From Leucoraja erinacea (taxonomy: Eukaryota), in assembly GCF_028641065.1 (NCBI RefSeq), contig NC_073380.1, forward strand, positions 60,760,001 through 60,824,000: 64,000 nt of DNA, written 5' to 3'. Shown here one piece after another: positions 52,320-64,000 of this stretch (position 1 is the stretch's first letter; each line of letters begins with the position of its first letter). Under the pieces are notes generated by a model. That model was not told the DNA's origin. It was given only the letters and a program-made list of their open reading frames with translations, and made no database searches. A program made the position numbers and the translations under genes.

Positions 52320-53200
52320 GAGATAACAAACCGCTGTGGACCCAGCACTGACTCTTACGGCCAAAGATACTAGAGTGGACTCTATGATCTTTGCATACGG
52401 CCACAACTGGCCAGGGGCCTCCCTTCAGAAAATCAACCCTCCACAACTACCTTTTGACTCTTCCTTTCAAGCCAATTTTGAATCAATTTGCTTAGCTCAC
52501 CTTGGATTCCATGTGATCTAACATTCCAGACAAGCCAACCATGGCGGACCTTGTCAAAGGCCTTGACAACGTCCACTGCCCTGCCCCCATTAATCTCTTC
52601 AAAATCTCTGATTTGTATGGCATAATTTGCCATGCACAAAGCTATGCTGCCAATCCCTAATCAGTCCATGAAAGGCACAAAGTGCTGGAGTAACTCAGCA
52701 GGTCAGGCAGCATCAGTGGAGACAAATAAGAATTCAATAATAAGAATAAGAATTCCTTCCAACAACTTTCCCATCACTGATGTCCGGCTCACTGGTCTGT
52801 ATTTCCTTGGCTTGTCCTTGCTGCCCTTAAGTAATGGTACAACATTAGCCACCCTCCAGTCTTTCAGAACTTAATCTGTGGTTAATTATTATGCAATATC
52901 TATGCAAGAACCTCTGTAATTTCATCCCTAGCTTCCTTTGGGGTCTAAGAATACACTTGGTCATGCCCTGGGGATTTATCTATCTTAATGCACTGTAAAA
53001 CCACAAATATCTCCAATGTGATACTTAATGTTTATCCAAGACATCACAGCTCCTATACCTCAAATCCTTAGCTTTCATAATTTTCTCCTCCGTAATAAAT
53101 AGATGGGATGTATGTATTCAATATCTCCCCCAACTGTTGTAGCTCCACACAAAGACGGCTATGCTGATATTTAAGAGGACATATTCTTTCCCTAGAAAAT
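52320..53200 (-). mobile_element. Old CR1-group LINE fragment
   Basis: KAFDKVRHGWLV..HGIQG..IQNWL and YRPVSRTSVMGKLLE-like decayed peptides. Confidence 0.6.
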
Positions 53201-53772
53201 TGCCACTGTTGATTTGTGGTCTGTGTTTACAGTTAAATGCCTGTAAACCTGTAACTTCGGAAATCAGAAAATCTCCAGTTCGATGGTCGACCTCTTTTTA
53301 AATATGTGCAGTATTTTCAAGGAGATAAAAGGTATGTATCTGCAAAAGTTGGCTCCATTACGTACATACTGACCACATTACACCCCATAACTGGAGGCAT
53401 CACATGATAGTTGTAATGGTTAGCATAAGTCATAATGGATCTGGAATGATTCATGACTAAAATTTACATATTTTATATTTCCTCTATTACTCCAATGATG
53501 CTATTTATGTATTAACTTGTGAAGGGGACTTGCTGTGGTGGCCAAATTTGGTAACATTCTCAAGCAATTGTTAAGCATCCTGAGGAAAGATTAAAGTTCT
53601 GTAACATTAGTTGGCTCTCTTGCACCTAGTTTGGCACATTTCCCAAACAGATCTCTGAATGTACTTGCAATTCTGAATCCCAGATGGATAACTTTAAGCT
53701 GGAAAAATGCACACTAGTTCTGTTTCAGCTGAACATTGTACGTCGTAACTAGATGAGAATTTAGTTGGGTTC

Positions 53773-56700
53773 TGTAAATACTTTAGTCTCACGCAGGTTG
53801 AAGCATAAGCATCTTTATTGTTTAGTTCATCATCATCTATGCAGTACATCATATGTTCACTCTACTGCAGCTGCTACTGAAGACAGTGGGCGAGTTCTTA
53901 CGCTATATTTAAGAGGGAGTTAGATGTGGCCCTTGTGGCTAAGGGGATCAGGGGGTATGGAGAGAAGGCAGGTATGGGATTCTGAGTTGGATGATCAGCC
54001 ATGATCATATTGAATGGCGGTGCAGGCTAGAAGGGCCGAATGGCCTACTCCTGCACCTAATTTCTATGTTTCTATAAAACCTGCATTAGGCGGAGTTATA
54101 ATTACTAAGCATTCTGATTGGCTAACACGCAATAGTCTTCTTGTATGAATGAAAAGGTAACCAAGGCATTTTAAAGATAACCCTAGAGAATAATAATGGG
54201 TTTAAACAAAATCGCCATGTATAATGGATGGCCTGCTAACCCACCCAGTCCTCATACGGTGGGGGCTGCCTCATCCCTTTTCCTCCGAAAAGACGAGGGT
54301 CGGGGTTGGTAACGCTGCGGGACACCCAATGGACCCGGGAGAACGGGTTGGACCGGTGCTGGAAACCCAGGGAGCCGGTTACAACAGGGAACGTGGGGGC
54401 AGACCGACGCGGGGAGTGGATAGACATACTCGTGCAGGTGATGTAACAGGTGCAACAGATGTGGTCTGAACACGAGCGGTGGGCCATCAGGACCCAGGAG
54501 CGCCGTTTGACCATCCTTCGCGAGAAGGAGATGTTGACGGTTGCGTCCGTAGAGGACGCCATCGACTTTGACCAGGTGAGAGCGTGGTTCCTGTTTGGTA
54601 TGTCCATTGTTCGTTTGCAGGCACACCACTTGTCCTTGTGTAAGTGGTTTGAGCAGCTTGCTGGTTTTATCATAGAAGCGCTTCTGCGTGTCTTGTTGAA
54701 ACTGCACACGCTTCTGTATCACAGCAGTGGAGCAGACTTGCGGCTGCAGCTGTTGCTGGGAGACGGGCAGTGAAGGACGCGTCTTGCGATGCATTAGCCA
54801 CTGCGCGGGGGAGCTGATAACGCTGTCCCTTGAAATGTTTTGTAGGTTTAGCAGATCCAGGTAAACATCAGATTTAGCTAGGTAGGAGCGCTCTATGACT
54901 TGCTTAGCGCTCCGAATAGCACATTCTGCAAGTCCATTCGATTATGGGTATTCTGGGCTACTGATGACGTGTTGGAAGTTCCACCGTTTAGCAAAGTCCT
55001 TAAACTTTTGGCTGGTGAAATCAGTTCCATTGTCAGTCTGAAGGCGGGCGGGCACCCCATGTACGGAAAGGTGGATTTTCAGTTCTTGGATTATTATTTC
55101 AGAAGTGATCGTTGGCAGTAAATCAATCTCGAACCAGTTTGAGTAGGAGCCCACTAAAATAAGGTAGTGCTTCCCGTGCCATTCAAAGATGTCAGCGGCC
55201 AGTGTTGACCATGGTAGGGAGGGCGCCGTCTGGGATGAGAGAGGCTCCTTCTGCTGGTGCGGTGACTGGCTGTTGTAGATGACTGAGAATTCATCCTGTT
55301 TGTTAGGGTGACGTTCGCTGGTGTTGCGCGGGGCTCTAGAGAGCGTGTCTGCAATGTGCATGTCAATACCTTTCTTGTAGACAATGCGGAAGTCAAACTG
55401 CTGTAGCTGCATCATCATTCGTTGTAGACGAGATGGTGCGGCATGGATGGACTTGTTCAGGATGGTGACCAGTGGTTGGTGGTCAATCTCGACCATGAAG
55501 GATTTGCCAAAAATAAAGTATTTGAATTTTGAACAGGCGAAAACAACGGTAAGCAGTTCCTTCTCGATCTGGGCATATCGTTGTATTTTGTCTGTCAAAG
55601 TGCGTGATGCGTGGATGATAGGCATCACGTTGCCATCGATGGCTGTTTGTAGGCACGCTGCGTCGAGACCGTACTGGGATGCACCACAGATAATGGTGAC
55701 TGGCAGGTTGAGGTTGTAGTGTGCTAGTGTAGGTGCGCTGGCTAGTTGGAGTTTTAATGTCTCGAAGGCTCTTTGGTGTAGGGGGTCCCATGACCATACA
55801 TTGTCCTTGTCGGTTAGTTGTAGAGGAGCAGAAAGTTCACCTGTTGGGAATGAAGTTACCCAGGTATTTTACCATGCTGAGGAATCGCTGCAAACTGGTG
55901 ACGTCAGCTCGTTGATGGCCGCAGTCTTTGACAGATAAGGTTTGAATCAATTGCTGGTGGATGCATGACCAACGTAGGTAACTTCTGGAACCCTGAGCTT
56001 GCATTTCAGAGAGTTGAGTTTGTGGAGAGCACGCCCAAAATAAACCAGCCCCAGGTCATGGCATGCGTTGATGCCAAGCAGGGTTTCTGAGTTTTGTTGG
56101 ACAATGTAAAACATCAAGTTTTTTGTTTGCTCGTTGACAGTGCATTTTAAACCAGTTTTACCCAACGGGTGAAGAAGGGGTCCTTTTTCATTACCTCAGT
56201 GTTTCTTATCATGTTGAACTCTTTGAATTACATTACGTTCACCTTGGAACCAATGTCGACTTTGGCGGTCAGAGCTTTGTGGTTTATTATCATGGCCACC
56301 GCTGGATCCGACAACTTGCCTGAGGAGCGCAGCAGGGAAAGCACAGTTGGGTCATTGTCTGTGTTATCGGAATCATTCCCTTGGGAAACATTATCATGCT
56401 CTTTGGAATCTGAGTCAGACAGCTCTTGTTGAAGCAGGTGCAGATTCGTCCTTGAGGCAGTGTTCCCGGGAGATCGACAACATGTGGCGAAATGATTAAA
56501 TTTCTTGCAGTTGTAACAAACTTTCCCATGGGCAACACAAAACTGGCGCCCTCTAGGGTGGAAATAATTGCAGTTGGGGCACCTCGTGGCAGGCATGTTA
56601 GGGTCTTTGCAGAACGCCTTTAAAAACTTCTGCGGAGTTAGTTAGACTTACGTTATGTTGCTGGTGGGGTCAAAATCATTCAGTGGGGCTAAGGTTTCTG

Positions 56701-57527
56701 CCATCTGACACGAATGAATGGCTTGCTCTAAAGTCCGTTCAGTGGTCCGAAGCAGTTCAGCTCTTAGCTTGCGGTCGCTCATTCCTCCCACAATTTTATC
56801 ACGTACCAACTCATTGGTCAACTCACTGAAGCGGCACCGTCTACTCGTGTCGTAGGTCGCTGATGAATCGCTCGACAGGCTCGTCAGTCTGTTGCTGTCG
56901 GGCAAAGAATCTTGTTCTCTCAAGGATACGGTTCGATGGCAGGTCGCATAGTTCTCTAAATTTTCTTAGTAGGACCACAGGACTGTCGTTAGTTTCTGCT
57001 GGCACCAGTACCTGACCATTCGCGTCGATGTGTGCTGGGGCGAATTCAAAGCTGTCCTCACGGATCATTGCTTCCGGACCCGCTAGATTGAGCAGTAGCG
57101 ATGCCTTCAGATCGTCGCGGTCGTTTCGGTGAACAATGCGGATATAGTGAGCATAATCTCACCCAAACATTCTCCAGCGCTCAGCTATGTCAGAATCAAA
57201 CACAAGGGGACTCGGCTTTCGGTAAGAGTTAGCCATGTTGTCAAAATCAATCGCAAATAAAAACTGATAACCAAAATAAATCGCGATAAACAGACGAGGG
57301 TTGGACCCAATTTTCTGACAACATGTAACTACCTTGATCTCACACAGGTTGAAGCATAAGCATCTTTATTGTTTAGTTCATCATCATCTATGCAGTACAT
57401 CATACATTCACTCTACTGCAGCTGCTACTGAAGACAGTGGGCGAGTTCTTACACTATGAAACCTGCATTAGGCGGAGTTATAATTATTAAGCATTCGTAT
57501 TGGCTAACATGCAATAGCCAATCTACA
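53773..57527 (-). mobile_element. Gypsy LTR retrotransposon, internally deleted
   Basis: LTRs 57324-57527 and 53773-~54135; outer termini TG..CA; 5-bp TSD ggttc (53768-53772, 57528-57532); PBS-like tgttgtcagaa after the 5' LTR; gag with CYNCKKFNHFATCC knuckle; protease KVDIGS; RNase H YAQIEKELL..DHQPL; integrase LQTDNG..SSPEYP. Confidence 0.9.
53905..54075 (+). mobile_element. Very short CR1 3' end inserted in the Gypsy 3' LTR
   Basis: atttaagagggagttagatgtggcc...tttctatgtttctat is present in one LTR and absent from the other (acactatgaaacctg). Confidence 0.9.
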
Positions 57528-58518
57528 GGTTCTTTGAACATTAGGGGTCATTCTCTACAGCATTGAGGCTTTCATCTTGATTGCACAACCACTTCAGGAT
57601 CCCTTGTGGCATTTTATCCATTACAGATTGGGCTTTACTTTAGGACTTACTATGCCCCATATGGTAGCGTTTTGTAGAGACATCAATTCTTGTTAGTATT
57701 AATTGTCAGGTAATTCAGACTCTGAGTCCATGGTCAACTGCCTGTCAGTATGATTCGGGTGTGGCTTGTTGGAAGTACTAGTTGTCTCTAAACAAACTTT
57801 CAAGTTGGGCAAGGGATACTGCTCATCTAAAGGGTTCTTTTTAAGTAATATTGTAAGCTGCACATTAATGCAGTTTTATCTGCCTTGGGGAATCATTAAT
57901 GGGTTTGCCAAATTGCAGTCTTGAACCAACACCCCATTATTTTCTAATTTGCTCCTCCTACAACTGCACCTTAAATTAATAGTGAACCAAGGTTAGCCAC
58001 AAGTAAATGGGCTGGCTGCCAGGCAGATTTAATGTGAGCTTTGTACTCAACAATGCCACTGTGAGGTGGTGAAAATATAATCTGCCACACACATGTACCC
58101 ATGTTCCTTCGCTTCACATTAGTTTAAACCCTTAACATCTATACACAGTAAATGCCCGATTTGTAATCATATGTATTATCTTTCTGCTGACTAGCACGCA
58201 ACAAGCTTTTCATTGTACCTCGTACACGTGACAGTAAACTAAATTAACCATCTTGATTAATTGGTCACAATCATTTGTAGCTTTGCTCCATGTTCAGATT
58301 TTGCATGATATAACCCCAAGCATTTGCTGGACTTCCCCAGAATACTCCCACAAAGTTACACTGCAATTTTAAATAGAGTTGCACTGAGAATTAGTCGTGT
58401 AAGTCACAAACTACTGTCAACCAATCCACAACTATACAATGTGTATCTTGCCCAGACAGCTGTTTAATCAAAACTACAATCTTGTAATCACAAAAATGCT
58501 GCAGGCCTGCATCCACAA

Positions 58519-59244
58519 TCTATCTATCTATATTACTAAAAGTCTGTTCTTGACCGGTTTTGGCCATCTGTGCTGCAATTTTCCGAGAGAACGCCGCCAC
58601 CTACGGCCGTCATTTTTGGCCATCTTGCTCAGAGTCCCCCTCCGCCGTATGTGTGCCGAGGATTTTTCACGTCGATGAAAAATGACAGATATTAATGTTT
58701 TTACAAAATTCCCCATTCTCCCTGCTGCCCCTGCTGGCGGCAGGGGGGAGGGACTATAAAACCAGGAAGTGGTGTGCCTCAATCAGTGTCTGCAAGCTGG
58801 AGGAAGGCAGAGGGTCACGTTTCTCTGAGCTGTGAATAACACTGAACGCATGTCTACTCAAATGTAAGTGTCCTTAGTGGTTCTAAAACGCTTGCAGAAT
58901 GTGTCTATTGGTTCTAAAATGTTTGCAAAAGTGTTTATTGGTTCTAAAATGTTTGCAAAAAGTGTCTCTTTTGGTTCTACAATGCTTGCAGTATGTGTCT
59001 TTTTTGGTTCTAAAATGTTTTAGGTACTCCCCCCCCCCCCCCCCCCTTCCTCCCCCTCCCCCTCTCCTTCCTCCCCCCCTTCCCCCCCTTCTCCCCCTCT
59101 CCCTTCCTCCCCTCCCCCCCCCCCCCCCTCTCTCCCCCCCCCCTTCCTCCCTTCCCCCCCCCCCCCCCCCCCTCCCCTCCCCCCCCCCCCCCCCCCCCCC
59201 TCCCCCTCCCCCCCCCCCCCCCCTCTCCCCCCCCCCCCCTCCCC

Positions 59245-59326
<82 letters not shown>

Positions 59327-59371
59327 CCCCCCCCCCCCCAGGGTCTGCTCCTTGGTCTGCACTTGGTCTAG
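58519..59371 (+). mobile_element. Second Helitron-like non-autonomous element with minisatellite and C-rich tract
   Basis: 5' TCTATCTATCTATATTACTAAAA; 3' ggtctgcacttggtCTAG as in 51503-52022; ~30-bp units ttggttctaaaatgtttgcaaaa at ~58878-59020. Confidence 0.62.
59028..59340. repeat. Poly-C / CT low-complexity tract
   Basis: About 310 bp almost entirely C; may include low-quality sequence. Confidence 0.9.
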
Positions 59372-60289
59372 CAATGAATATAACAATCATTTTTGGGACA
59401 CGAGTCACACCTCCATTGCCTCTTACAAACAAGTCCATGCTGGTGTTTGCCAATTTTCAGTTCTTGCAATGCATGATGTCCTGCCAGTGTGACTTTTGGT
59501 GATCGTGTGAGTTGATACTGTAGCTAAAAATGTGGTTGCTGCATTATGCCTTTTGCTCGCCAGTGCAAGCAAATCACCGCACAAGCAAAACTGTAACATG
59601 TTCTTGAAAGTCTTATTCCAGTGGCCTATCTACATTCTTCATCAGGCATTTAGTCCTCCATGTTTAATTTTGCCATCAGCCAGTCTTCACACCAAACAAT
59701 TAAGCAGGGCCTCATTTAAAAAGCTCTAGAAATTGCATATTTTTGCTGTTGTCTTTAACCCGATCCAGTATTCATCAACAATTTCTTCGGGTTCCTGGTT
59801 GCACGTCACATTTGTCACCAACAACATCAACTTCACCTTCACTTTTGGCCAGGTAACCCAGTTCTTTGTCTTTTCCTGGGACCTTGACAATATCATTTGC
59901 CCTCAGATGTACAGGGCTTATTGTCGCGTCTTAATTGTATCTCTTGAGTTGACCAACGTATCTGTTGTGTTCACCATGAGCCATCATCAATGCCATACTT
60001 GGAGATCCCTGTATAGTTTATTCCCTTTTATCTTATTGGCCTTACTTCACCCATTACTTGTAAAATCATAGAATAGTTATGGCCTAGAAGAAAGTAGTTG
60101 GGTCCTCCAAATGTAGCTGGCCTCCAATAGAATGTACAGATACAGAATGGAAATAGGCTCTTCAGCTGACCAAATCTGCACTGACTGTCAAGCACCAATT
60201 TTTACAATAATTCTTTCCCAATTCATTTTATTCTCCACAAATTCCTGTGAGATGGAGATAATTCAAAAGGATAAGAAAACTGACAAGAA

Positions 60290-63200
60290 ATCTAGAAAAT
60301 AGGTGCAGGAGTTGGCCATTCGGCCCTTCGAGCCTGCACTGCCATTCAATATGATCATGGATGATCAACCAACTTAGTATCCTGTACCTGCCTTCTCTCC
60401 ATACCCCCTGATCCCTTTAGCCACAAGGGCCACATCTAACTCCCTCTTAAATATAGCCAATGAACTGGCCTCAACTACCTTCTGCGGGAGAGAATTCCAG
60501 AGATTCACCACCAAAAAAGTTTTCCTCATCTCGGTCCTAAAAGATTTCCCCCTTATCCTTAAACTGTGACCCCTTGTTCTGGACTTCCCCAACATCGGGA
60601 ACAATCTTCCTGCATCTAGCTTGTCCAACCCCTTAAGAATTTTGTAAGTTTCTATAAGATCCCCCCTCAATCTCCTAAATTCTAGCGAGTACAAACCGAG
60701 TCTATCCAGTCTTTCTTCATATGACAGTCCTGACATCCCAGGAATCAGTCTGGTGAACCTTCTCTGTACTCCCTCTATGGCAAGAATGTCCTTCCTCAGA
60801 TTAGGAGACCAAAACTACGCAATACTCCAGGTGTGGTCTCACCAAGACCCTGTACAACTGCAGTAGAACCTCCCTGCTCCTATACTCAAATCCTTTTACT
60901 ATGAATGCTAACATACCATTCGCCTTCTTCACTGCCTGCTGCACCTGCATGCCTACTTTAAATGACTGGTGTACCATGACACCCAGGTCTCATTGCATCT
61001 CCCCCTTTCCTAATCGGCCACTATTCAGATAATAATCTACTTTCCTGTTTTTGCCACCAAAGTGGATAACCTCACATTTATCCACATTATACTGCATCTG
61101 CCATGCATTTGCCCACTCACCCAGCCTATCCAAGTCACCTTGCAGCCTCCTAGCATCCTCCTCACAGCTAACACTGCCCTCCAGCTTCGTGTCATCTGCA
61201 AACTTGGAGATGTTGCATTCAATTCCCTTGTCCAAATCATTAATATATATCATAAATAGCTGGGGTCCCAGAACTGAGCCTTGCGGTACCCCACTAGTCA
61301 CTGCCTGCCATTGTGAAAAGGACCCGTTTACTCCTACTCTTTGCTTCCTGTCTGCCAGCCAGTTCTCTATCCATATCAATACTGAACCCCCAATACCGTG
61401 TGCTTTAAGTTTGTATACTAATCTCTTATGTGGGACCTTGTCGAAAGCCTTCTGAAAGTCCAGATATAACACATCCACTGGTTCTCCCTTATCCACTGGA
61501 CTAGTTACATCCTCGAAAAATTCTATAAGATTCGTCAGACATGATTTACCCTTCATAAATCCATGCTGACTTTGTCCAATGATTTCACCACTTTCCAAAT
61601 GTGCTGCTATCCCATCTTTAATAACCGATTCTTGCAGTTTCCCCACTACCGACATTAGACTAACTGGTCTGTAATTCCCCGTTTTCTCTCTCCCTCCTTT
61701 TTTTTAAAAAGTGGGGTTACATTAGCTACCCTCCAATCCTCAGGAACTACTCCAGAATCTAAAGAGTTTTGAAAAATTATCACTAATGCATCCACTATTT
61801 CTCGGGCTACTTTCTTAAGTACTTTGGGATGCAGCCTATCTGGCCCTGGGGATTTATCGGCCTTTAATCCATTCAATTTACCTAACGCCACTTCCCGGCT
61901 AACCTGGATTTCACTCAGTTCCTCCATCTCATTTGACCCCGGTCCCCTGCTATTTCTGGCAGATTATTTATGTCTTCCTTACTGAAGACAGAACCAAAGT
62001 AGTTATTCAATTGGTCTGCCATGTCCTTGTTCCCCATGATCAATTCACCTGTTTCTGACTGCGTGACCTACATTTGTTTTAACTAATCTTTTTCTCTTCA
62101 CATATCTATAAAAGCGTTTGCAGTCAGTTTATGTTCCCTGCCAGTTTTCTTTCATAATCTATTTTCCCTTTCCTAATTAAGCCCTTTGTCCTCCTCTGCT
62201 GGTCTCTGAATTTCTCCCAGTCCTCTGGTAGGCTGCTTTTTCTGGCTAATTTGTACGCTTCATCTTTTGTTTTAATACTATCCCTGATTTCCCTTGTTAT
62301 CCATGGATGCACTACCTTCCCTGATTTATTTTTTTGCCAAACTGGGATGATCAATTGTTGTAGTTCATCCATGCAGTCTTTAAATGCCTTCCATTGCATA
62401 TCCACCGTCAACCCATTAAGAATCAATCACCAGTCTATCTTGGCCAATTCACGTTTCATACCCTCAAAGTTACCTTTCTTTAAGTTCAGGACCCTTGTTT
62501 CTGAATTAACGATGTCACTCTCCATCCTAATGAAGAACTCAACCATATTATGGTCACTCTTGCCCAAGGGGCCACGCACAACAAGACTGCTAACTAACCC
62601 TTCCTCATTACCCAGTCTAGAATAGCCTGCTCTCTCGTTGGTTCCTCTACATGGTGGTTTAAAAAACTATCCCGCATACATTCCAAGAAATCCTCTTCCT
62701 CAGCACCCTTGCCAATTTGATTCACCCAATCTATATGTAGATTGAAGTCACCCATTATAACTGTTTTACCTTTGTTGCACGCATTTCTAATTTCCTGTTT
62801 GATGCCATCCCCAACTCCACTACTACTGTTAGGTGGCCTGCCCCTTAGTGTTTCACAGCTCTACCCACATCGATTCCACATCCTCAAAGCTAATATCCTT
62901 CCTTTCTATTGCGTTAATCTGCTCTCTAACCAGCAACGCTACCCCACCTCCTTTCCCTTTCTGTCTATCCCTCCTGAATATTGAATATCCCTGGATGTTC
63001 AGCTCCCAGCCTCGGTCACCCTGGAGCCATGTCTCCGTGATCCCAACTATATCATAGTCATTAATAGCTATCTGCACATTCAACTCATCCACCTTATTAC
63101 GAATGCTCCTTGCATTGAGACACAAAGCCTTCAGGCTTGTTTTTACAACACTCTTACCCCTTATACTATTATGCTGAAAAGTGGCCCTTTTTGATTTTTG

Positions 63201-64000
63201 GCCTGGATTTGCCGGCCTGCCACTTTTACTTTTCATCTTGCTACCTATTGCTTCTATCCTCATTTTACACCCCTCTGTCTCTACGCTCACACATTTAAGA
63301 AACCCTTTCCCTTTAACTCCATCCTCCACTATCCCATTCAACACCCCACCCCCCTTATTCAGTTTAAAACCACCCGTGTAGCAGTGGCAAACCTGCCTGC
63401 CAGAATGCTGGTCCCACACCTGTTAAGATGCAATCCGTCCCTTTTGTACAGTTCCCCCTTACCCCAAAACAGATCCCAGTGATCTAAGAATCTAAATCCC
63501 TGCCCGTGCACCAGTTCCTCAGCCACACGTTCAGGTCTCGTATCTCCCTGTTCCTGCTCTCGCCAGCACGAGGAACTGAAGCAAACCGGAGATAACAACC
63601 CTGGAGGTCCTGCTTTTCACCATTTTTCCAAGCGCTCTAAAGTCACGCTGCAGAAAATTCATCCCCTTCTTTCCGACATCGTTTGTGCCGACATGCACTA
63701 CCACTTCCAGATGTTCACCTTCGCCCTTGAGTATTTTCTGCACTCTGTCCGTGACATCCTGGATCCTGGCACCAGGAAGGCAGCACACCATCCTCGCATC
63801 CCGTCTGTTGCCGCAGAAACCCCTGTCCGTACCTCTCACAATGGAGTCTCCCACTATAATGGCGTTGCATGCCTTTGTGGTTTGGCTCAACAGCCCTATT
63901 CGTATCGCAAGCCAGTCCGCCGCTCAGTGTAAACACGTCTTCTGTCCCGACAGCTTCTCAGTGGGTGAACCTGTTCACAAGAGGTACAACACCCGGGAAC
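60290..64000 (-). mobile_element. Near full-length CR1 LINE: ORF1 SGNH-esterase-like, ORF2 APE endonuclease plus RT, frameshifted; runs off the window
   Basis: ORF1 IVGDSIVR..CLPGA..VHVGTND..DGLHLN; ORF2 LNARSIRNK, GITETW, RRDR..GGGVAL, NYRPVS, QHGF, KFADD. Confidence 0.94.

Noticed and set aside
58878-59020. CRISPR-like regularly spaced repeats
   Set aside because: Contiguous tandem units without unique spacers, in a eukaryotic context.
58883-59492. Poly-Gly and poly-Pro ORFs
   Set aside because: Translations of a poly-C low-complexity tract with no exon support; possibly low-quality sequence.
63359-63890. Host GDSL/SGNH lipase gene
   Set aside because: It is the esterase domain of CR1 ORF1, directly upstream of the endonuclease-RT ORF2.

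Overview
Eukaryotic, vertebrate DNA. The repeat landscape (HER1-like CR1 LINEs, HE1/V-SINE-like SINEs) suggests a cartilaginous fish, probably a skate or ray; this is inference. One host gene is present: VCPIP1 (VCIP135 OTU deubiquitinase) on the minus strand. It has three coding exons (46986-49593, 32028-32114, 28310-29226; 1203 aa) and a CpG-rich, probably bidirectional promoter at about 49600-50600. I also predict a spliced 3'UTR: a GTGAGT donor 31 nt after the stop, an intron of about 10.4 kb, and a terminal exon at about 14050-17898 containing a ~982 bp tandem duplication. The rest is nested transposons: many CR1 LINEs, a structurally complete but frameshifted DIRS1-type tyrosine-recombinase retroelement with an adenine-methyltransferase domain, a deleted Gypsy LTR element with a 5-bp TSD, Penelope (GIY-YIG) remnants, a Rex1/Babar LINE, hAT and Tc1/pogo-type non-autonomous elements, and two Helitron-like elements. 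The most unusual signals are (1) about ten dispersed, often palindromic short elements carrying minimal hammerhead-ribozyme motifs, one a near-perfect ~367 bp hairpin with a 13-bp TSD, and (2) two TA-flanked TIR elements with shared ends but unrelated foldback cargo. No database searches were run; repeat boundaries are read by eye and approximate.
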